IMG/VR virus record: IMGVR_UViG_3300032156_000014
Span: 1 to 52,498 of that record
Reading direction: 5' to 3' (one strand)
Length of the DNA: 52,498 bases
DNA from: a virus
Taxonomy: Duplodnaviria > Caudoviricetes
Every line of letters starts with the position of its first letter. The first letter of the stretch is position 1. A program made the translations under genes and the position numbers. This document shows positions 46,253 to 52,498 of this stretch, piece by piece. The notes under the pieces were generated by a model. That model saw only the letters and a program-made list of their open reading frames with translations, was not told where the DNA came from and made no database searches.

Positions 46253-47767
46253 TTAAACAAACATTCCAAGTTCTTTACGGATTCGTCTTTCTGTAATTTT
46301 TATATATTCCGGATTCAATTCAAATCCTATATAATTTCTTTCTAATTTTCTGGCAACAATGGCAGTGGTTCCGGCCCCCATAAAAGTATCCAAAACAATA
46401 CCGCCTTCAGGACATCCTGCTTTAATCATATCAACTATTAACTTCTCAGGGAACGTGGCAAAATGAGCTTCTGAATAAGGCATAGTATTTACTGTCCATA
46501 CGCTTCGTTTGTTTCTTATAGGATAATTTTCATCAGTTTTCCCCTCTGTCCTTTTAATATGCATTGTATTTGGTTGCTGTCCATCCGATTGAAGATTTTT
46601 ATATTTCCATCTTTCATGACCCCTTGATAGCATTGTCTGTTGGTTAAATCCCTTATACTTTACACCTCCCTTAAACATTGTATCTTTTCTCCCATCATAT
46701 CCTGTTGCTATTTCCTGTATTGCTTCCGCATCAAAATAATATTTACCGGATTTACTCAATAAGAAAATATACTCATGCGCCTTAGTACATCTATCGGTAA
46801 CACTTTCCGGCATGGGATTAGGTTTGTGCCAGATAATATCCTGTCTTAGATACCATCCGTCAGCACGTAAAGCAAAGGCAACCATCCAGGGTATTCCGAT
46901 TAAGTCTTTGGGCTTTAACATGGCACGATTATTGATGGTACATTGTGGTTGAATATCTAACTTAAAGTATGACAAGATTTCGTTATAATACTCAGAAACC
47001 ATATCAATGTATTGATTGTGGTAATCCTGTTGAACGAAGGGTAATGCGATGTCCTGATTGTGCCAATATTGCATTAACTCATCGAAAGACTTATGAAAGG
47101 ACTGAGGAACATTGTAAGTTAATGAGCGACCGCACAAAAAACAAGAAGAAGAATTACCCCTCTGCAAGCACAAGGCCAGAAGTTGCTGATAAAATTCGGA
47201 AGGCATGGACTTGTAAAATGAAAGAAGATGCTCGGTTGAGAGGTATTGAGAATGCAAAAAATCCGAAATGGAGATTAGAATGTGGTTCACCTGATGAGAA
47301 AAATCCAATGTGGGAAAACGGTCGATCAAAAATTCCATATTCTCGTGGTTGGGCGAGAAAAGTGAAGCAATTAGCATGGGAGAAAGCTGGTCATGTGTGT
47401 GAGATTTGTGGCGGGAAGCCTGTTGACACACACCACAAAGATTTTCAAAAGAATAATCATGATTTAGATAATTTACAGGTTCTTTGTCGGAAGTGCCACA
47501 AGGCTTTGCACGTTGTACATTTAAAGATGGCATAGCAGATTCTTCCCTTTTTTTATTTCCAACAAAACCAGACCATTTACTTCCTTCGGGATTACCACCT
47601 TTCCCGCTACCAAAATAAGAATCTCCGAGATTTAAAAACAGCGTCCCGTCTTTTTTCAGGATGCGTTTAACTTCAGAAAATACTTTAACAAGTTTTGAAA
47701 CGTATAACTCCGGCGTTTCTTCTAATCCTATTTGTCCGGCACAACCATAGTCTCTGAGGCCGTTCAG
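46253..47767 (-). CDS. Beta-class N4C/N6A DNA methyltransferase, C-terminal part, with an in-frame insertion of about 200 codons
   Basis: GLRDYG..GQIGLE, LNLGDSY, KPKDLIGIPW, DIIWHKPNPMPES, HFATFP, VLDTFMGAGTT, GFELNPEY. Confidence 0.9.
   Translation of the reverse strand: MNGLRDYGCAGQIGLEETPELYVSKLVKVFSEVKRILKKDGTLFLNLGDSYFGSGKGGNPEGSKWSGFVGNKKREESAMPSLNVQRAKPCGTSDKEPVNYLNHDYSFENLCGVCQQASRHKSHTHDQLSPMLIASLFSPNHENMEFLIDRFPTLDFSHQVNHILISISDFLHSQYLSTEHLLSFYKSMPSEFYQQLLALCLQRGNSSSCFLCGRSLTYNVPQSFHKSFDELMQYWHNQDIALPFVQQDYHNQYIDMVSEYYNEILSYFKLDIQPQCTINNRAMLKPKDLIGIPWMVAFALRADGWYLRQDIIWHKPNPMPESVTDRCTKAHEYIFLLSKSGKYYFDAEAIQEIATGYDGRKDTMFKGGVKYKGFNQQTMLSRGHERWKYKNLQSDGQQPNTMHIKRTEGKTDENYPIRNKRSVWTVNTMPYSEAHFATFPEKLIVDMIKAGCPEGGIVLDTFMGAGTTAIVARKLERNYIGFELNPEYIKITERRIRKELGMFV
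46969..47535 (+). CDS. HNH homing endonuclease nested antisense inside the methyltransferase
   Basis: CIDC..CPDC, NPMWENG, CEICG..THHKD..KNNHDLDNLQVLCRKCH. Confidence 0.9.
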   Translation: MTRFRYNTQKPYQCIDCGNPVERRVMRCPDCANIALTHRKTYERTEEHCKLMSDRTKNKKKNYPSASTRPEVADKIRKAWTCKMKEDARLRGIENAKNPKWRLECGSPDEKNPMWENGRSKIPYSRGWARKVKQLAWEKAGHVCEICGGKPVDTHHKDFQKNNHDLDNLQVLCRKCHKALHVVHLKMA

Positions 47768-47895
47768 TAATACGGAGGTGACGTCACGACACAATCAATT
47801 ATGTCGGACGGCATCTGCCTTAATAAACTTAAGGCATCGCCACAATGAATTTTATTAATCCATCGTGCCATCTCCGTATTTAAAATGTTTTGCAT
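47764..47895 (-). CDS. Second methyltransferase N-terminus, 43 aa, ending SPPYY-stop
   Basis: MQNILNTEMARWINKIHCGDALSLLRQMPSDIIDCVVTSPPYY*; not in the ORF track. Confidence 0.85.
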   Translation of the reverse strand: MQNILNTEMARWINKIHCGDALSLLRQMPSDIIDCVVTSPPYY

Positions 47896-47919
47896 AATTA
47901 AATTAAGTTTGTATATTTA
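47889..47919 (+). promoter_or_regulatory. Putative promoter for the antisense LAGLIDADG gene
   Basis: TTTG (47889), 19-nt spacer, TATATTTA (47912), one mismatch to TAnnTTTG. Confidence 0.55.
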
Positions 47920-48553
47920 CCCCCGTAATTAAGGATATATTATTATGAAAAAAGAACTCATTGCTTATCTTGCTGGAATTATGGATGCTGATGGTTACTT
48001 TACTATCAAAAGGCAAACCTATGGTGTCAGGATTATTAAAGACGCCAAAAATCCTACTTATTATGAAAGAGTGGGCATTAAGCAAATATCTCCAATCGCA
48101 ATTGATATTATTAAAACTAATTTTGGTGGATATAGAAATATCCAAAAACCCAATACAAAAAATGGCAAACCACTCTTTGGAGTTGAACTTAGGAATAAGA
48201 TAGCGCATGAGTTTGTTAAGACCATTGCTCCATATATTCAAATTAAAAAAAGACAAGTTGAAATACTCTTGGATCTTAGAAAAGAACTTAATAAACCCAG
48301 AGAAATGAAACATATCGTCAAGCAGAAAAATCCTCATGGTTATATAAGCGATTTTATTAAATATTCTTTGAGTGATAGTCAGATAGATAAAAGAGAGAGT
48401 ATGTTGGCAGAAATTAAATCGCTCAATGATTCCAGAAACGATCTGTTTCATCAACCCAAGCCGTGGTGAAGTAACGCAACAATTAACTGACTCATCAGGT
48501 AGCCTGGTTAATCCCATTAAACAATCTTCATTATATATTACATTCAATTCCAT
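47903..48553 (-). pseudogene. First methyltransferase N-terminus (MELNVIYNEDCL...CCVTSP) fused to a stop-free antisense read-through of the LAGLIDADG gene
   Basis: First 30 codons are MTase-like; the rest is codon-aligned antisense of 47945-48469. Confidence 0.85.
47945..48469 (+). CDS. Single-motif LAGLIDADG homing endonuclease
   Basis: IAYLAGIMDADGYF, FGG, I.PY...KK.Q. Confidence 0.92.
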   Translation: MKKELIAYLAGIMDADGYFTIKRQTYGVRIIKDAKNPTYYERVGIKQISPIAIDIIKTNFGGYRNIQKPNTKNGKPLFGVELRNKIAHEFVKTIAPYIQIKKRQVEILLDLRKELNKPREMKHIVKQKNPHGYISDFIKYSLSDSQIDKRESMLAEIKSLNDSRNDLFHQPKPW

Positions 48554-49043
48554 TATTTCTTCTTCAGTCCTTTCACAAACCCCTCCAGCTCCGGGTTTGC
48601 CTTCATGTATTCTTTGGCAGCTGCCCTTATTGCTTCATCAAACATTTTATCTTCAGTAAACTTCTTTCTCCATTTTATCCTCATCTGGATTGCATCAACC
48701 GGCTGACCACAGGCCATGACTTTGATATCAGCCCTGAGCCGGCGGTTCTCTGCCTGTAATTTGGCATAGACGGAGCGGGAGACATGGGTTCCTGGTTTCA
48801 TTTCTGATCGTCGGATTGTTTGTCTGGTTCCTTTCCGGTTATCTTCTCAATCCGTACATTATTCAGATCCCTGACCACTCCTATCATCTTAATATTGATG
48901 GTGTCAAGATTCTTATTGTCTTTCATCTCGCTGTTTATTCGCTCGAGTAGGTCAACAGCATCTTCATACATTGTGCTTTCCTTTTTATCCATGTTATTTG
49001 AGATTAGCCAGACAGAAAATAAAGATTGAAATTCCAATGGCAA
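48553..49043 (-). other. Two small hypothetical genes (48553-48801, 48798-49043)
   Basis: Overlapping co-oriented ORFs. Confidence 0.55.
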
Positions 49044-49287
49044 TAATCACCATCCCGGCATAGATCACAGCTTTGAGTTCGCAAAGCTCTTTGAATGATT
49101 CAGGCTCATTTTTCATATCAATTAAATATTTGAATAAAAAAACAGATCACTCCGATAAATACCGAAAGACCGGACAGGACCACTATAATAAAGATCGCCC
49201 AGGGCTTCCATCTATAATCTTCCGTCATCTCGCTCTCGAGGTATTCGCGGGAGACAGGAATTGGATATTCATTTGTCAGTTTCATAA

Positions 49288-50022
49288 TTAAGATCTTCTA
49301 AAGTCTTTATCCCTCACAACTATAAAATTGAACAGTGAATACATCCGGCTGACAATCCTGTCGCCGTATTTTTCCTCTAAAAACCTGATAGGGTAATTTG
49401 ACGTGGCAAACGTCAGTAACCCCCGGGCCTGTCTTTCAGAAATGATATGGCTGATGACATCCAGTTTATTGCCGTAATACTTGACTTCTTCAATCTCAGT
49501 ACCGATATCGTCCATACAAAGGACATACCGGTTAGAATATATTTGGATCCCCTCAAATGCGTTATCAAGGAATCCACCAACCATATCATTTACATGAATA
49601 ACATCATAATTCATCCGATAAGTCTGCCCGTTCATAAAGTACCTGACATTATCTATTTTCTGATATATCGCCATTACCTTCATTGCAAGGGTTTTACCAC
49701 ATCCAGTAGTGCCATTAAGCATTATTCCTTTTGTCAGATCGCCAGGGAAGGCACTGTCTCCATGAAAATATTGAATCAGTTTCGTGTATAAATTAAGTGC
49801 TTCGTCGGTATATTTAAACCTTTCGTCAATGCCTTTTGCAATCCGCTCAGTGACTTCTAGGGCAAAGCTCATCTTATAAGGCACGTAACTAATTCTCTTT
49901 ATCCCAGAGGTGGTTAACTGACTTAGTTCCTTGCTGATTATTTCTGATATTGTTTTCATATTTTTCTTTAAAAAGACCACTATAATTTTTTGACATTGAA
50001 TAGTCAAGCATCTCACGACCAA
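49288..50022 (-). CDS. DnaC/IstB-like AAA+ helicase loader (probable start MKTISE near 49959)
   Basis: GTTGCGKT, LCMDDIGTE, TFATSN, YGDRIVSR. Confidence 0.88.
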   Translation of the reverse strand: MVVRCLTIQCQKIIVVFLKKNMKTISEIISKELSQLTTSGIKRISYVPYKMSFALEVTERIAKGIDERFKYTDEALNLYTKLIQYFHGDSAFPGDLTKGIMLNGTTGCGKTLAMKVMAIYQKIDNVRYFMNGQTYRMNYDVIHVNDMVGGFLDNAFEGIQIYSNRYVLCMDDIGTEIEEVKYYGNKLDVISHIISERQARGLLTFATSNYPIRFLEEKYGDRIVSRMYSLFNFIVVRDKDFRRS

Positions 50023-50692
50023 TATCCTTATTAAGTTCAGAATCTTTTAGAAATTTCTTAATGAATGATTTGAGTCCTGTCTCTTTATAAGATTGTCCCT
50101 TTTCAGATTTATATTTTAACCATTCAAAAACCAAAACTTCAAATCCCTCTGGAAGGACAATTTCATTTTCTGACAAAACTTTTGAAAGCATACCTTTATA
50201 ATTATTATCTTCATTTCCATTTCCATTTCCATTTCCAATGCTTTTTAAGCAAAGCACTAACCATTCGGTTAACCGTTCGGTTATTTCTTCTTTAGGATAT
50301 TGATAAAAATCAGTAGCTTTAAAACTCTTTTTAAGATGTATATACTGTTTGCGAGTGTACCCGCCAAAGCGTAATAGTCCTGCAAAAGTTCCTGTAATTG
50401 TGTTTATTCTCCCTTTTTCGGTGCGCTCTTCTATCAAATTCTGTAACTTTTTATTAATTAATCTTCCATTTTCATCAACAAAATGACACGAAATGACCGA
50501 CCATATCTTTAAAAAATGATCATGCGAAATTCCTACCATTTTAGCCAAGCGTTCTGTTTCTTGTGGAAGACCTTTTCTTTGTTGCTGATAACATAAAAGG
50601 TCAATATATACACCCTTTTCTTCCGGCATATATTCAGCGGTTCCTTCTAACCAGTCTTTCGAATAAAACAAAAATGCAGGATCTTTACTCAT
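49889..50692 (-). CDS. Replication initiator (YdaU/DUF1376-like N-terminus)
   Basis: PAFLFYSKDWL, EKGVYIDLL, W..YK.EK; upstream of the loader. Confidence 0.85.
   Translation of the reverse strand: MSKDPAFLFYSKDWLEGTAEYMPEEKGVYIDLLCYQQQRKGLPQETERLAKMVGISHDHFLKIWSVISCHFVDENGRLINKKLQNLIEERTEKGRINTITGTFAGLLRFGGYTRKQYIHLKKSFKATDFYQYPKEEITERLTEWLVLCLKSIGNGNGNGNEDNNYKGMLSKVLSENEIVLPEGFEVLVFEWLKYKSEKGQSYKETGLKSFIKKFLKDSELNKDIGREMLDYSMSKNYSGLFKEKYENNIRNNQQGTKSVNHLWDKEN
50212..50283. repeat. Probable replication origin iterons within the initiator gene
   Basis: (CATTTC)4 at 50212-50235; tandem quasi-palindromes AACCATTCGGTT and AACCGTTCGGTT at 50259-50282. Confidence 0.55.
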
Positions 50693-50703
50693 GGTTTAAA
50701 TAA

Positions 50704-50847
50704 AAGCCCCGCCAGTAACAAAAAAACCACCGGTCACCCTGGAGTGTAGTCTCCGACCGATGGAATTAATGCCCTGTGCGGGGTATTTTTTGTAAGTTAA
50801 TAAATCAAAATAACTCATTCTACAATTAATTTGGTACTACAAATGTA
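50704..50847 (-). promoter_or_regulatory. Promoter (-7 TACATTTG at 50840-50847) and structured leader/attenuator of the replication operon
   Basis: Nested stems; the inner stem is followed by U7. Confidence 0.55.
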
Positions 50848-50882
50848 TGATATCACTCTGACACTTCCTAATAATTTAACCA

Positions 50883-51056
50883 TTATTTTTTCTTCAGCAG
50901 TTCTTTGAGCAGATCAATCTGAATTTCAATGTGATGTATCTTTCTCTGTATCTTCCCGTCGATCTTTGGGAATGATAAAGAGCTTTCACGGACAGCCTGA
51001 AGCTCCGTGAGCCTGGCTTCACAGCGCCGACGAAGCGGTGATTTTAGAATGTTCAT
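50883..51056 (-). CDS. 57-aa hypothetical protein
   Basis: ATGA-coupled to the VRR-NUC gene. Confidence 0.5.
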   Translation of the reverse strand: MNILKSPLRRRCEARLTELQAVRESSLSFPKIDGKIQRKIHHIEIQIDLLKELLKKK

Positions 51057-51460
51057 AGTTTCATGTATTTATCAATGGTTTGTATTGCACTTTCAAGGCC
51101 GACACTGAATTCAGCCACAAATCCCCGGCTTCTAAGTCCTTTAAGCATGTTATCCTGTTCCCGGATATGATCATCTGCCGGCTCTCCGTTTTTCTTAAAT
51201 AACCTGGTTCCTTCTGCTTTAAGCTCAATGAATAAGCCGTGATATTTAAACCGCTTACCGGGTTCCGCAATAAATAGGTCCGGCCATCCTCTCTGTCCCT
51301 GGATTACCTTCATTAGCCCTGCCTGGGTTTTAGTGTGATGTAACCCGGCATAGTCGAAATGAAACTGAACATGCGGGTACTGAGCCCTGAGATAATAAGC
51401 AATCTGCCTGCAAAGAATATACTCAGGTGAATAGCCTCTTGATCTGAATGAATTAGCCAT
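51053..51460 (-). CDS. VRR-NUC nuclease (Holliday-junction resolvase-like)
   Basis: GWPDLFI, GLFIELK, Q...L..L...G. Confidence 0.88.
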   Translation of the reverse strand: MANSFRSRGYSPEYILCRQIAYYLRAQYPHVQFHFDYAGLHHTKTQAGLMKVIQGQRGWPDLFIAEPGKRFKYHGLFIELKAEGTRLFKKNGEPADDHIREQDNMLKGLRSRGFVAEFSVGLESAIQTIDKYMKL

Positions 51461-51480
51461 ATAATCAATTTTACAATTTG

Positions 51481-51687
51481 TGATCCGGGCAGGACTCGAA
51501 CCTGCAAAGATTTATTGTGACAGGGGCGCGTAAGACAAAACCTAATTTTTTCAGTTCCGGACTCAGCAAGAGCTAAATGCATTTAGCATTTATATTGCTC
51601 GGGTGCTTAGAGTCGGGTTATTCTCAGGTGCCATTCGGCTTGTAAAATCCTTACATCCTAATCGTTTACCAATTCCGCCACCGGATC
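51481..51687 (-). ncRNA. tRNA-like RNA (acceptor stem, Leu-type D loop, canonical T arm) with about 150 nt replacing the anticodon and variable arms
   Basis: GATCCGG/CCGGATC-A acceptor stem; TGGCGGAATTGGTAAACG; GCAGG-TTCGAGT-CCTGC; upstream hairpin (51693-51713) and boxA-like GTTCTTTAAA (51725-51734). Confidence 0.75.
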
Positions 51688-51758
51688 GTTTTGCCCCGGT
51701 CCTTTGCCGGGGCTGTATTTAGGGTTTAAAGAACGCACTGCCATAACCGGCAGCAGGG

Positions 51759-52031
51759 TTATCTCAGCAGGGCCTTGAATTCAGGCGACGGCTTGAAATA
51801 AGGGACCTTATGAGCAGGGACAGCAACCTGTGTTCCTGCCTTAATGTTCCGTGCCAGCTTCGCCTTTCTCAGTTTAGAACCGAGACTTCCGAAGCCTCTC
51901 AGGTGAATCGTGTCGCCTCCCTTAACAGCACCTTTGGCTGCCTCGATAAGCGCATCAATGGTTTTTTCAACATCAGCCGGTTTCATTCCCAGCTGCGATG
52001 CTGCTACGTTTGCCAATTCTTTTTTTGTCAT
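51759..52031 (-). CDS. hup: HU/IHF family DNA-binding protein
   Basis: MTKKEL, LRGFGS, R..R.ARN...G, VP.FKPS. Confidence 0.93.
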   Translation of the reverse strand: MTKKELANVAASQLGMKPADVEKTIDALIEAAKGAVKGGDTIHLRGFGSLGSKLRKAKLARNIKAGTQVAVPAHKVPYFKPSPEFKALLR

Positions 52032-52076
52032 GATTTTTCAAGTGTTAATGGTTAGTAATAATTGTTTATAACTGTG

Positions 52077-52254
52077 TTAATATCCTGTCTTCGACAATCT
52101 CATTTCCTCTTTCTCGTAAGAAAGCAGTGATCTCAGGCCGTCGATCTGATGGGTGCATGTCTTATTTATCCTTTCGGTCCAGTCAACCAGGTATGATTCT
52201 TCCTCGCATATTGAGTCCAGAAGTGCATTTTGAACGGATGCAGAAAGATGTGAG
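52077..52254 (-). CDS. 3' part of the origin-spanning hypothetical gene
   Basis: Continues the frame that starts at 206. Confidence 0.75.
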
Positions 52255-52498
52255 GCTTTGGCAATTGAAATGATGGTCTTGTTTATCTCGCTGGTTTTCC
52301 TGGCTCTCAGTATCTTCTTTGCCTTTGCAAGCATTTCACCTGAACGGGACATGTAAGACATCAGGGTAGATATTCTTTCTACATCTCTTCCGGGTCCCCT
52401 GATACGGTTATATCAAGATAGGCCTGTATTTGCTCGGCTTCTTTCTTCAGTTCGTCCATTGGATTATTCTTTATCATATCTCCATAGAAATCCGTATG
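52255..52498. repeat. Terminal direct repeat / circular overlap, copy 2
   Basis: Matches 1-245 with a 1-bp deletion. Confidence 0.97.

Noticed and set aside
46920-47540. Intein or group I intron explanation for the MTase insertion
   Set aside because: No C/S...HN-C/S/T splice junctions, the endonuclease is on the opposite strand, and almost no non-coding sequence is available for a ribozyme core.
47764-47766. TGA stop-codon reassignment or read-through
   Set aside because: Read-through would not restore the frame, and TGA terminates many genes in this genome.
51481-51687. tmRNA or ordinary tRNA-Leu/Tyr
   Set aside because: No G3-U70, no tag ORF and too short for tmRNA; no canonical anticodon stem-loop for a tRNA.

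Overview
This window is essentially one complete, circularly assembled tailed-phage genome of about 52,254 bp; bases 1-245 repeat at 52255-52498 with a 1-bp indel. The host is most likely a Bacteroidota, judging from TAnnTTTG/TTTG promoters, no obvious Shine-Dalgarno sites and Bacteroidota-type signal peptides. Nearly all genes lie on the minus strand. In transcription order they are: Cro-like/antirepressor/HTH regulators, a small C5 methyltransferase, recombination genes (putative SSAP and a PD-(D/E)XK-FtsK fusion), HU, a tRNA-like RNA, VRR-NUC, the replication initiator and helicase loader, two more DNA methyltransferases, an insulated accessory cassette, ASCH/PAPS-reductase-like/ParB-like genes, terS/terL, portal, protease, HK97 capsid, siphovirus-type tail genes and lysis genes. 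I found no integrase, CI repressor, CRISPR array or reverse transcriptase. The strongest novelty candidate is the N4/N6 methyltransferase locus (46253-48553). It has been invaded by two antisense homing endonuclease genes, the only credible plus-strand genes, and both leave the host reading frame free of stops. One is nested completely in-frame. The other brings or precedes a replacement methyltransferase N-terminus that ends directly after the SPPY catalytic motif. Other highlights are a 207-nt tRNA-shaped RNA with about 150 nt in place of the anticodon arm, a terminase with two tandem nuclease domains, virion-type proteins carrying signal peptides, and a deletion-compacted relic of a second phage's tail region. 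All family assignments come from motif recognition by eye; no database searches were run.
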